This document shows positions 21,429 to 33,100 of a DNA stretch of 64,000 nucleotides, in pieces. This DNA comes from Dimorphilus gyrociliatus. Lineage: Eukaryota; Animalia; Annelida. The stretch lies in contig CAJFCJ010000009.1 of the NCBI GenBank assembly GCA_904063045.1, positions 1,612,968 to 1,676,967 on the forward strand. Reading direction: 5' to 3'. The notes below the pieces were generated by a model. It ran no database searches. It was not told the origin of the DNA and saw only the letters and a list, made by a program, of their open reading frames with translations. A program made the position numbers and the translations under genes. Numbering within the stretch: the stretch's first letter is position 1; each line of letters begins with the position of its first letter.

Positions 21429-22559
21429 TTATTCTACAATTTCGAAATCTTCATTCTTTTTACTCTCCGATTCATTCTCTTCTAATTCCTCATTCTTTCC
21501 TTTGTTGCCGAGGCTTTTTTCTTCTTTTTCAATCAATTTTTCATTTCTTTTCAAAGAGTCAACTTTATCATTATTTTCACCCTTTCTAGTTTCTGTATCC
21601 TTCGTGGTGATTATTAACATTTCATTGTCATCTAAAAGTGAGACAATATCTTCCTCCTTAAGATCTACTGGCTTTGCGAAACGTCTCCATATTTTCTTTG
21701 AACATTTTATTCCATCTTCTTCAATAATAGCAGATCCAGTAACTTCAATACTATTACCTTTAACTTTAACACTTAAATCGTCAATATTAAAATGTTTCAA
21801 ATCAATAGTTTTATAGAATGAAGGTTTTTTATCAACTTTCTCTTCTTCCTTCGAAACAATTTTGTCTATGACTTTTTCATCACTTTCATCTTTTGTTTCT
21901 ACTTTTGAGCAATTTTCTTCATTACATTTTTCTTTTGAACAACAACGGCTTGTAGGCATTTCATTTGAATAGCATCCATCTTCAGATCCCTCTACAGATT
22001 TCTCATTAGAACATCTTTCTTTTTTATCAGTAATTCCGTCTTTTTCTTCAACAGTTTTTGTTGTAATCGTTAAAATTCCATCATCGTTTAATGATGATTG
22101 AATATCATTTGGTGAGATATTATCAGGTAGGTTGATTTGACGCCAAAACTGTCTTCCATTATAAAATCCTTCTCCTTCTTTAGTTGATTTACCGAAAATT
22201 TCTACACTTCCGTTTATGACTCTAACTTTCAATTCTGATGGATGAAAATCTTTCACATCAAAAGTATGATGAAAAGATTCCGCTTCCTTCTTTACAGTTT
22301 TGTCACACTTTTCTTTATCAAGTGTTGTACATTGCTGCTTTCCGCAACGTTTCACGTTTACTTTAGAAGAATTATTTGAGAAAGGAAAAACAAAACTACT
22401 TGGCGACCTTCTACAGAAACTTCTTCTCGAAAATGGAGGCAGATAATTGGTTGAACCAAGTATTGATACTAAATCTTCATCATCCAAAGAACAACCAAAT
22501 GTAGGACCAAACCACGAATTTTGATTGTATGTCTGATTAGGTGAAATAAAAATTGCCAT
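21429..22559 (-). CDS. Tandem alpha-crystallin-domain sHSP (376 aa), copy B
   Basis: Translation is identical to copies A and C except S10T and N27D. Confidence 0.9.
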   Translation of the reverse strand: MAIFISPNQTYNQNSWFGPTFGCSLDDEDLVSILGSTNYLPPFSRRSFCRRSPSSFVFPFSNNSSKVNVKRCGKQQCTTLDKEKCDKTVKKEAESFHHTFDVKDFHPSELKVRVINGSVEIFGKSTKEGEGFYNGRQFWRQINLPDNISPNDIQSSLNDDGILTITTKTVEEKDGITDKKERCSNEKSVEGSEDGCYSNEMPTSRCCSKEKCNEENCSKVETKDESDEKVIDKIVSKEEEKVDKKPSFYKTIDLKHFNIDDLSVKVKGNSIEVTGSAIIEEDGIKCSKKIWRRFAKPVDLKEEDIVSLLDDNEMLIITTKDTETRKGENNDKVDSLKRNEKLIEKEEKSLGNKGKNEELEENESESKKNEDFEIVE

Positions 22560-22824
22560 CTTTGTAATTTCTTCTTTAAATTTCCAAAATTAATTTGTCG
22601 TTGTATCAAACTTCAAAAGTGTTGACTTTTCTCTTCTGAGTTTAGTCGAGTTATGATTTTGGTCCAAAAATTTCTACACTTTTTATATGAAACGAAGAGT
22701 CATACGAGAAAATTCTTCACATTTCTGGAAATTTCTCAACTTATCTAGAATAATATAGATGGCGCTTTTTGTGTTATTTGTTGTATTCGTAAGTTAAAAA
22801 ACATTGTATTTCTGATCAATATAT
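22560..22824 (-). promoter_or_regulatory. Diverged heat-shock promoter of copy B
   Basis: HSE units GAA22708, TTC22713, TTC22723, GAA22728, TTC22733, the TATA (~22681-22688) and AGATGGCGCT (22757-22766) are all retained while neighbouring bases differ from copies A and C. Confidence 0.8.
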
Positions 22825-22954
22825 ATTTTTTAAACGTTATAACAACGTAAAATTTGACGGCGTAGTTGAGGCGATAGTATTTGTTTTTTTAATTTAGAAA
22901 ACCGAGTTCAAATAACGGGAAAGTTTCATTTATGAAAATAATATAATATAAAAG

Positions 22955-23700
22955 AATGACAGAATGTGGAAAATGTTCTAGATCTTCTAGAAAATGCTAC
23001 TAATGATGATTATTCACTTGTTACATCAGAAATAGTGCGAAATTTACGGAAAATAGATTGTTTTTATGTTCCTTCATGAAGAAATATGTGCAAAAGAGTG
23101 CATTGAGTGTGAAGCTATCCGGAAAGGTTGAAAATCTGATGCTAATATGTTTTTCTGTAAATGTAAAAGGATGTGAGTGTTTAGTTAGAGAGAAAAATTT
23201 AGAACACAAGACTGGATAGAATCCATATTAATTAGATGTTATTTAAAGTAATCCAGCAGTGAATTACTTAGTAAAAATCAAAGAGTCACATATCTGCAAT
23301 TTGCAAAGTGTCAAGCACTTCGACATTTTGGTCATGCTACATATCATAATTGTTTTCTTGAAGATGGAAGTATGCAAATATCACATATTGACATGTCGAC
23401 CAACAGCATTAAATACTCCTCTAAATGTAGGAATACTTAAAGTAGAGAATACAAAATGGAGACCGATAATAGAAACTTTAATTCCCATTAACCTGGTTAT
23501 CTTTACTATTCAAAAGATAGACTTATTAAATACACACTACATAACTGGACCAACCCTCATGAAACAAAAGCGCCATACTTGTATTGACGGCTTGAGGGTG
23601 TCCAACACTAATCTTTTAATAAAAATTTTACAACAATCTATAAAAATAAAGAAAGCTTAGAAGAAAATTCAATCAAATGCGAAGCCATCAACTGATTGAC
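22955..23700 (+). pseudogene. Possible decayed coding fragment in the palindrome loop
   Basis: Protein-like frames broken by frameshifts and stops: ENVLDLLENATNDDYSLVTSEIVRNLRKI / VFMFLHEEICAKECIECEAIRKG*KSDANMFFCKCK / RVTYLQFAKCQALRHFGHATYHNCFLEDG. Family not recognised. Confidence 0.2.
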
Positions 23701-24235
23701 TATTTTACTTCAGTTTTAATAAAATTGTCCTCGTTATATGCAAATCTAACTACTACTTTTCATATCAAATGCGTACAAAGTATACGAGATGAATTCTTTG
23801 AATAAAAAAGAAAGCTTTCAAATTAAGATGTACATTTGAATTTTTAAAAAAATGCTCTGCTAACATAGATAACTTTTGCAAAGACGCCTTCCTTTTTAAT
23901 GAAAGATCAATTGAAACGCATTTCGTTTTTTGACGTTTTTATCACGTTTTGACAACGGAAAACTTTTATTCAAAACCCAAAGCTATGATTATACATAATA
24001 AGAAAGACACCACATTAATTTCGAAACTTATCGTTTACTGAAAATCTTTCGTAAATATCTCAATACTTTTAAAGAAACTTTTATACAAACACTTTCTTAA
24101 TATTTTATGGAGTAGAAAAGATAACATACACAAATCTATGGTGAGTTTTCTAACTAAAGGTTAATAGTTTAATCAATGAACAATATCTATATAGAAATAA
24201 TAACTACGAGACAAGTTGATGAAGAAAGTTTTCGT

Positions 24236-24799
24236 TTACTTTGACTTTTCATACTGGATTGGTATTACTTTCTCTCCATCCGAAATAGCAGCTGGAGCAA
24301 CGGCTTCGACAGATAGACGACCGTCGGCATTCAAATTACATTTCAAATCTTCTTCTTTAACCCCTTTTGGCAATGTGAACTTTCGAACACACTCTCTAAA
24401 AACTTTCTCTCCATCTTTTTCGTGTTGATGAGTTGCTTTAATCGTTAAAGTTCCACCTTCAACTGTAACTTTGATTTCCTCAGGTTCATAATTTTTCACT
24501 GGTAAATCAAGATGCAGTTTTCGCTGATTCTTTTCTTTATCGTCGACCAGTTTCCATCCAACATTAGCTGGTAAATCAGTTTCAGTATGACTACCAAGAA
24601 CACTTCTATGAGTTTGTTCCATATGATTATCGAAAGCTCTGCTAATTTGTCTAAAATCTTCGTCCATAGCATCGAATGTTCTTTGCATATTAGTCATCCA
24701 GTCCGACCAACGATTGTGAAACCAGTCGTCATTTCTAGATGGCCAAAGATCCCAAGAAGGACTAGGAAGACGCATAACCGGCAAGTGTCTGAAGGACAT
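24236..24799 (-). CDS. Canonical sHSP (187 aa), copy 2
   Basis: Translation is identical to 18209-18772. Confidence 0.93.
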   Translation of the reverse strand: MSFRHLPVMRLPSPSWDLWPSRNDDWFHNRWSDWMTNMQRTFDAMDEDFRQISRAFDNHMEQTHRSVLGSHTETDLPANVGWKLVDDKEKNQRKLHLDLPVKNYEPEEIKVTVEGGTLTIKATHQHEKDGEKVFRECVRKFTLPKGVKEEDLKCNLNADGRLSVEAVAPAAISDGEKVIPIQYEKSK

Positions 24800-25397
24800 G
24801 GTTGTTGAGAATGCAAAGAGTGTTCAACTTCGATCTGTAGTTGTTGCTACCGAAGAGGAGAATGAATAACGGAAAATTGAAAGAGTTTATATAGTCGTAA
24901 CGTCGATCGGAGAAATTTCGAGAAGTTTCGAATAAACACGATTGCTGATTGGCTGGAACACTTTTGAAAGTTTCGTTGTAATCAAATGGAAAATAGTAAC
25001 GTAAATAGTATACGTGACTTGCATCACGTTTACAATTATTCCATAGACTGTTTCATAAAATCTGAAATCTTCCACTCCAATTTTAAACTATATTTTTGTG
25101 ATTTGAAGTTCAATTGAGATAATAATAATGATATATTGATCAGAAAACAATGTTTGTTAACTTAAGAATACAACACATAACACAAAGAGCGCCATCTATA
25201 GTATTCTAGATAAGTTGAGAAATTTCCAGAAATGTGAAGAATATTCTCGTTTAACTCTTCGTTTCATATAAAAAGGGTAGAAATTTTTGGACAAATATCA
25301 TAACTCGACTAAACTCAGAAGAGAAAAGTCAACACTTTTGAAGTTTGATACAACGACAAATTAATTTTGGAAATTTAAAGAAGAAATTACAAAGAAG
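24800..25397. promoter_or_regulatory. Bidirectional heat-shock promoter (right arm)
   Basis: Mirror image of 17611-18208; HSE GAA24912, TTC24917, GAA24922, TTC24927; AGCGCCATCT at 25188-25197. Confidence 0.85.
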
Positions 25398-26528
25398 ATG
25401 GCAATTTTTATTTCACCTAATCAGTCATACAATCAAAATTCGTGGTTTGGTCCTACATTTGGTTGTTCTTTGGACAACGAAGATTTAGTATCAATACTTG
25501 GTTCAACCAATTATCTGCCTCCATTTTCGAGAAGAAGTTTCTGTAGAAGGTCGCCAAGTAGTTTTGTTTTTCCTTTCTCAAATAATTCTTCTAAAGTAAA
25601 CGTGAAACGTTGCGGAAAGCAGCAATGTACAACACTTGATAAAGAAAAGTGTGACAAAACTGTAAAGAAGGAAGCGGAATCTTTTCATCATACTTTTGAT
25701 GTGAAAGATTTTCATCCATCAGAATTGAAAGTTAGAGTCATAAACGGAAGTGTAGAAATTTTCGGTAAATCAACTAAAGAAGGAGAAGGATTTTATAATG
25801 GAAGACAGTTTTGGCGTCAAATCAACCTACCTGATAATATCTCACCAAATGATATTCAATCATCATTAAACGATGATGGAATTTTAACGATTACAACAAA
25901 AACTGTTGAAGAAAAAGACGGAATTACTGATAAAAAAGAAAGATGTTCTAATGAGAAATCTGTAGAGGGATCTGAAGATGGATGCTATTCAAATGAAATG
26001 CCTACAAGCCGTTGTTGTTCAAAAGAAAAATGTAATGAAGAAAATTGCTCAAAAGTAGAAACAAAAGATGAAAGTGATGAAAAAGTCATAGACAAAATTG
26101 TTTCGAAGGAAGAAGAGAAAGTTGATAAAAAACCTTCATTCTATAAAACTATTGATTTGAAACATTTTAATATTGACGATTTAAGTGTTAAAGTTAAAGG
26201 TAATAGTATTGAAGTTACTGGATCTGCTATTATTGAAGAAGATGGAATAAAATGTTCAAAGAAAATATGGAGACGTTTCGCAAAGCCAGTAGATCTTAAG
26301 GAGGAAGATATTGTCTCACTTTTAGATGACAATGAAATGTTAATAATCACCACGAAGGATACAGAAACTAGAAAGGGTGAAAATAATGATAAAGTTGACT
26401 CTTTGAAAAGAAATGAAAAATTGATTGAAAAAGAAGAAAAAAGCCTCGGCAACAAAGGAAAGAATGAGGAATTAGAAGAGAATGAATCGGAGAGTAAAAA
26501 GAATGAAGATTTCGAAATTGTAGAATAA
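25398..26528 (+). CDS. Tandem alpha-crystallin-domain sHSP (376 aa), copy C
   Basis: Translation is identical to copy A; AATAAA at 26687-26692. Confidence 0.9.
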   Translation: MAIFISPNQSYNQNSWFGPTFGCSLDNEDLVSILGSTNYLPPFSRRSFCRRSPSSFVFPFSNNSSKVNVKRCGKQQCTTLDKEKCDKTVKKEAESFHHTFDVKDFHPSELKVRVINGSVEIFGKSTKEGEGFYNGRQFWRQINLPDNISPNDIQSSLNDDGILTITTKTVEEKDGITDKKERCSNEKSVEGSEDGCYSNEMPTSRCCSKEKCNEENCSKVETKDESDEKVIDKIVSKEEEKVDKKPSFYKTIDLKHFNIDDLSVKVKGNSIEVTGSAIIEEDGIKCSKKIWRRFAKPVDLKEEDIVSLLDDNEMLIITTKDTETRKGENNDKVDSLKRNEKLIEKEEKSLGNKGKNEELEENESESKKNEDFEIVE

Positions 26529-27949
26529 TCTTTTTGAATGGGGGAAAATTCTTTAAACTTTAAATTTGTGTTTTTTTTTGTTTTTATTATATGAATGTGT
26601 TTAAGTTTTTATCCTATATTTTCACTTATTCTTTTTGTGTTGATTGATAATATTTAAAACACTTATTGTATTCAATATCTATTACAAATAAATTGATGGA
26701 ACTTTTAATATAACTTCTTCTGCTTTTCGGTTTTTCAGTGGTCTAGTATTTGTAAGTTTCGTAGAATTGGACTCTTTTATTCGGAGGTAGAGCTTTAACG
26801 AAATTCGAGAGTTTTTTGTTATCTTCCCAAAGGTTAAAAGTTTTTTCAAGTGACAAAACAGTAAAGAAAGCAAAGTATTTTTAAAATCGTGATTTTGTCT
26901 TATAGCATTTACTATTTTTAAACGAGCGCCTTTGTGCTTGGCAGAAAAGGAGGGTTTTTTTAACAGATGATTGAAAAAGTATTATTTTATTGGTGAAAGT
27001 GATGTAAGGAAATCTGTTTTTTTATTTAGGTCACTGTAACATAAATTCAAGATAATTTATCAATGGTTTTGAGCATAGAAATTCTAACTTGTATGGACAA
27101 GCATTGATTTTATACTAGTCTGTGTAATTTATCGACGGATTAGCTAATGCTAAGGTAGTAATAAATCATTTTATGAAGTCGTTAAAAGAGATGAAATATA
27201 AAAGAGTATGGCAAGAAGTTAGAATAGTTTCTCTGAAATGATTGCTCTTTATGTAATCACTAAGCATATCGATTTTCAATTATATTCTCAAAATTGCACA
27301 ACATATTGAATTGACGATGAGAAGAATTGTTTGTGTTTTTTCTTTTATTTTCCTTAATAATGCTAGCGAAATAGAGGTCATGTTTATTTGAATTTCTCGA
27401 ACAATGGATATCTTAAAAAATCTGAAGTATAATAAACATAGATTGAGTACTACGATATGTCTTATATACGCGAAGTTGTCTTTGTTTGTAGAGTTAAGAT
27501 TTAAGCGTATGCTTTGTTAATGTTTAAAAATCTACATATAATATTTTAGTAATTGTAAGGATGATAATTAATATGGCAAGAGAAGGGTTTAATTTGTTAA
27601 TCAAAGTAATTAGTTTCGTAATATTTGCTGAATATCAAATAAAATCTTCATATTTTGTATAATGTTCGCATTTTCACTAGTCTCGTAAATATGTCTATGA
27701 CATTTTGTACGCTAGATAAATCTTTCTTCTACTTCTCAGTAATTCTATTAACCTTTTCATTTATAAGATTAGTTCTTTTCAAGGTTAAGTAAGGGTATAA
27801 ATTTGACAAGGAAAAGTTTTTTTTTAAGTACAGTATTCTTTTTTTTTAAATGATTTGGTTAGTTGTATTGTGCAATGGTCCTTCAGAAACAATATAAATA
27901 AAGAAATTGATGGAGTAAAATGGAAATATATAATATAAATTGCGTTAAT

Positions 27950-29427
27950 TTATTTAGCACGTGAGAGATATTCTATCTTTGTGTTTGATCTAGAGCTTGG
28001 AAAGGGATTGGGTGCCAAGCTTGATAAATAAGCATTTTGAGCGGGCATACCAGGAGAATGAGACGCGAAAAATTCTGATGCAAACTCAATTACGTCATCA
28101 GGTTTCCGGAGGAGTAGGAACTGTAGGAAATCAGCAAGTAATGCTTTTACTTCTGGATGATCTTTCATATAAACTGCATGATCGGCTTTCAATTCTTCTT
28201 TTCGGTCAAGGAATTTAGAATACAATTGCATATCTTCTCGCCAATTGAGCTCTTTCTTGTCGAACTTAGGCTTTTCCATTTCTTCATCTATTGAAAGTTG
28301 TAAATTTAATAATACTTTAAACTGGAATATGTCGAGAGAAAGAAAACAAGAAAAATAATTCTCTTTAACCTTCTTCAATAGTTTCTGGAACTAGTAAAAG
28401 CTTCATTGTGACTGGGCTGCCGACTTGAACCCTTGATGTCATGTGACCATCCTTCATATAATAAGTTTGCCAGGTAGTAGGGAGATCATTAAGGGCAGTT
28501 ATGGTTCTCTCCACGCCAACAACTTGTAATTCTGCACCATCAACTATTTGAATTCTGTCATCTAATTTTTTATAGGAAACAGAGCAGAGATTAGCTTCAG
28601 CGTCGAAGGCAATAATTTCAAAATTTTCTGGAAGGCCATATTTTACAAGTATTCTTTGAAGTAGTAAGTTACTTCCTTCGGAAACAAAACCACCCATTTC
28701 CTCATCTTTATATGTTCTTACAGATCTTTGAACGTCCTAATAAACAATTAATGTAAAGAAAGATTTGAATATAGATTATTATTTGGAGAAGAATACATAC
28801 TCCTGCTTGTCGAATAACACGATTAACAACGTAAACACTTCCTTCTTTTGAGATAATCGTTTTCCTGTCAAGAGGATGATTTTCTAATTTTACATATTCA
28901 TGATGATGTTGCTCTAAAGTATTTAATGCAGAATCAACATAAGTTGTAATTGACGTTCCGCATGGTACACCATCAATAGCTCCATGACTATTGGCATGGA
29001 CTAAGTAGCATTTGGCCCCTGATTTCTGAGCAGCTTGAATACTTATTGAAAATTCACCAACTTCTTTACCAGCATCCGATACCGTTACGAGTTTATCCTC
29101 AAATAGTATAGACTTGAAATAATCTTCATCTATGTTTTATCGTAATCGTACATGTATAATTAGTTTAATAACAATCTAGTTTTTATAATGAAATGACCTT
29201 ACTCACCAATATTTGTGAAAAAAGCTTTAGCACTTTCACTTAATTTTGGAATATTCTCTGCAGTTTGTTGTAGGTCTTGGCTAGCTGTCTCAACTGATGT
29301 TGCAGTTGCAGCACTGCGATTGCTAAAACGAAATTAAAGGATTTAACAAAAAATAGCTAATAAATTAATTCGATACAAGAGTCAGCGAGAAAAAATCCTA
29401 CTACCTTGCTTCTGTAAAGGCACTCAT
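27950..29427 (-). CDS. CATIP: Ciliogenesis-associated TTC17-interacting protein-like, multi-exon
   Basis: ATG at 29427 (MSAFTEAR); LFEDKLVTVSDAGKEVGEFSI; HANSHGAIDGVPCGTSI; GGFVSEGSNLLLQRIL; WQTYYMKDGHMTSRVQVGSPV; RIIa-like C-terminal DHPEVKALLADFLQFLLLRKPDDV. Confidence 0.82.
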
Positions 29428-30118
29428 GCCTTTTTTATCAATATCGGAGTATGTCAATCAAATTAAGTAACACGTCTCCGTTATTTTGTCGATCTTCAAA
29501 AACAGAACACTTTCTAATATATAATATGGCGTTAGTTGTCAAGACGACGAATTACTTTATTCACACTTTAGATGGCGCTATAACTTGTTATCGAAAATTT
29601 GTTAGATAAGGAAAGTTCTGGATGCCGGATAATAACCAGCAATAGAGGCAATAAAAAATCTAACTTTTTTTAAAGTAGAGAGTGTATCGTCTTTTATTTT
29701 CAAGTTTGCGACTGTTTTTAGTTTGCAAATCTAGAACAGAACTCATTGTAGATAAAACTATCCAAAAGTAAATGTATTTTTTTATGCGTGATTGTGTTGA
29801 TGTTGGCACGAAACAACATTACCCTGGATTGATCAAGCACTGTAGATTAACCAATAACCACTTTTGAAGAACATTGATTTGCAACAACAAGATGGCGCTG
29901 TACTTTATAAGCCTCATGAATATTCACGAACCATTTCACGAGTTGGTGGAAAGTAAACAATTCGCCGTAAGTTGGAGCTCGTATCCCATCTTTTTTAAAA
30001 TGGCGGGTAAAGTGTGATAGAAGCCGTTTCGGGAAAAACTTTTTAATATATTACTGATTTCCAACTCTCATCAACTGTTTCTCATGCTTACGTTTATTTT
30101 GGAAGTTCTGTCTATGAA
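29428..30118. promoter_or_regulatory. Shared intergenic region of the head-to-head CATIP / USP24 pair
   Basis: 691 bp between divergent ATGs, with AGATGGCGCT at 29570 and 29890 and a YY1-like AAAATGGCGG at 29997-30006. Confidence 0.6.
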
Positions 30119-33100
30119 ATGAATTGTGTGTTAGAGGAAAATGTCCGGCAGCTGCTTGACATGGGCTTTCCATGTGAAAGTTCTATACGAGAAGCTCTTA
30201 AAAAAGCTCATAATGATTTAAATCAAGCTGTCATGATTCTAACTGGAGAAGATTTGATACCAATGGACGATGTCGAAATCCAGGAAGTACAGAAAAACTC
30301 GGAACATGACGCTTTTCCATTAAACACTCTTCCCTCGCCTCCACCGTCCTACGACGATGTTGTTCCTGACGGCGTGCAGGTTTTTATTAAAATAATATAA
30401 TAAATACGTCTTTTGTGCAAGTTTCTCTTTTACTGCGACAGTATATCGACGAGCAAGATCCAACTGCAAACATCTTAATAGAAAATAGTGACCCGGAAGC
30501 CGAAGTTTTTCCAGCTACGCATCTTTATGAATTGGAAGGAAGGGTATTTACTGAACAGTGGAATATTCCGTATAAAAAAGATGAATCCTTGGCAAAATGT
30601 TTACTTGCATCGACAAGATTTGCTCAAAACAGTTAGCTTTTGATAAATTTTTCTTTTCTCAAAAGTATAATTTCTTCTTTTTATTTAAATAGATCACTTG
30701 GAAATTGATGAAAATTGTGAAAGATTTGTTAGTCGTGTAATGATGGAGAGTTTTGATAAGGTAATTCACTAAATACAACTTATTATTAACTTAGCTTAAT
30801 TTATAAAAATCAAAATTTTTTTAGCTATTGTATTGTAATGCTGTTAGAAAATGGAGTTTAGAAACGCAAATTGGTGTGTATAATATGTGTACATTCTTCA
30901 TTGATCTCGCAACAGCAAGATTACAACACCCCAACTTAAATACATCTATTATGTCGACTTTAGCGAAAGTAAGATTTTTCTTTATTTTTTTTAAATTTAA
31001 TTTTAATTGGCTAATGAAATATTTTATTTTATTCAAAAATAAAAATAGGTTTTAGATCAAAATTGTGAATTTCACTTGAAAAATAAGACAATTGATGATT
31101 GTCATTTAAAAAATGAGAATAAGAAATACGAAGAACTCTTTAGTAAACAACCGTTCGCACTTTTTCAAGTAAGATCATTTTCTATCCTTAATATTTATGT
31201 GTTAATTTTTAATTAATATAATTTATATAGTATAAATCTTGTGATGGCTGGCCAAATCGGACATGTGAAGATTTTCTAATGTTATCAAATTTGATAAACC
31301 GAGTAAGTTATTATTTATATTTAAATTGTAAACACTAAAATAATTGGTTTTAATTTTTATACATTAATTAGTTTGGTAAGCAAGAAGGATTTCAAAATAT
31401 GTTAGAACATATGCGGTCCGAAGATTTAGATATTTTAGTAAGTTTACTTTTCAACTCGAAGCTAATTTTTAAATTAATAATTAATTTGTATCATATTTTT
31501 ATAATTTCTTCATTTCTTTTTATAGCATATGGAACTTCTACTTGCACCTTTAGCTAAATGCTGTCAAAAATTAAACTTGAACGTAGTTAAACCTATTGTT
31601 AAAGAAGCGATGGAAAGGGTACAAGCTTTACTTGCAAGTTTAACTAATGAACATTTGAAAGAAAAGGTGATTATTTTATTGAAGATAGTTTTTTATAGAA
31701 TAATGAATTTTTTTTTACTATTCCATAGGGCATAAATGTTGCTTTTCAATGCCTTGAAAGTTGCAAAATATTAGCTACACGATTTTACCCTGGTAAAGAA
31801 GACGAAGTTGATAATACTCGCTTAAGACTTGTGCTAAGAATGCTCAAGTCCGTTCATTTTAATGCCAAAATGAATGCTTTAAGAGAGGTTTGTATTAATT
31901 AACATTACTTTTCCAAGTTTCCACTTAATTATAATATATCTATATATATATTGAATTTTTTAACAGTTAACAAAGCTTATTCAAGAAAACATTAGTTCTG
32001 AAACACATATGACCAGTATACCACCAAACAAAATAAAAATATGGCTGGTTGATAATAAAGTTCTTAGCTTAGCCTTTGAAGGAAATATCGACCAATTACA
32101 ATATTGTGAAAAAATGAAAGCTGTTATTGAATTTTTAGGAAATTCTCTAACAGATCAAGAACTAACTAGAATCTGGGATTTACAACAAGGCAGAAGCGGA
32201 TATATTATTGACAACATCCATCATTTAATAGCTGCTGCTGCAGTAAATTTTACTCCTGACCTAATGGAACATTTACGAAAGCTAATAAATAAGGTATGCA
32301 CTCTTTTTTTTGAAAAGCGAGTTTTATTTAAATTTATTGTAACAGAGCTGGATTCATGAAAAGGAGAGAATGAGAGAGAAAATTTTGAATCTCGTTGGCG
32401 CCATTGGGCGAGAAACTAAAGTAGAAAGTACAAAGGCTATGATATTAGATTTATTATGGCAATGGGCTCATCTACCGAAAATAGCTAATCATTTAGTTGA
32501 AAGAGCAGCTTCTTTACATTGTCAAATCCTTAGCGATCATCACACGAGGCAAAAGCTTAAATCTAATTACATTCATAAGTGTTTGGAGGATGTGAAACGA
32601 GTAAGTACTCTAAAATGTGTTTAATTTTGTCTTTTCAACTGTTTTTGTTATTATTTTCAAAGGGCGAGTGGGTCTATCCAGCTCTTCGTCAAATCCTTCA
32701 CATAGCAGAGAGTATGGTTAAACTTACAAGAATTGAGAAGGTAATATCATATTTTTTATTGCCGTTCAATTAGAAAACTTTAACAGTTTCTTTCTGTTTC
32801 TTTTATAGGGCTTAATCAATGAATACAAGAATGGAGACATTTTAAAGATTATCTGTAATAGTCTCATCAAATTTCATGCAAAGTCAACTGAAAATTCATT
32901 AAGTTTAAATGAGAATACTTTAGTAGATGGTCGATACGAACATCGTTTGGTTAGTATTTATAAACAGATTAACTGACTACAATTTGACGACATTTTGCCT
33001 TTAATAGTATGTTACCTCTCACTTGAAATTGTTAAATTTCATCTTGGAAGAAGGAAAAATGTATTTACCTTTTGATAGAGCAAAGGATATTTGGCGTTGT

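Larger units (their letters stand above)
21299..22824 (-). repeat. Third duplicated segment (376-aa sHSP gene plus ~130 bp of 3' flank and ~265 bp of promoter), same orientation as copy A
   Basis: The 3' flank matches the right-arm copy. The promoter matches the arms with scattered substitutions and a 3-bp indel. Similarity ends after TCTGATCAATATAT (~22824). Confidence 0.88.
23986..26838 (-). repeat. Right arm of the ~2.8-kb inverted repeat (partner 16226-19024)
   Basis: Reverse complement of the left arm; e.g. 24002-24060 mirrors ~18947-19005 and 24800-25397 mirrors 17611-18208. Confidence 0.9.

Noticed and set aside
22974-22992. TTCTAGATCTTCTAGAA as an extra HSE in the loop
   Set aside because: Only two units are in 5-bp register, and there is no adjacent gene start.
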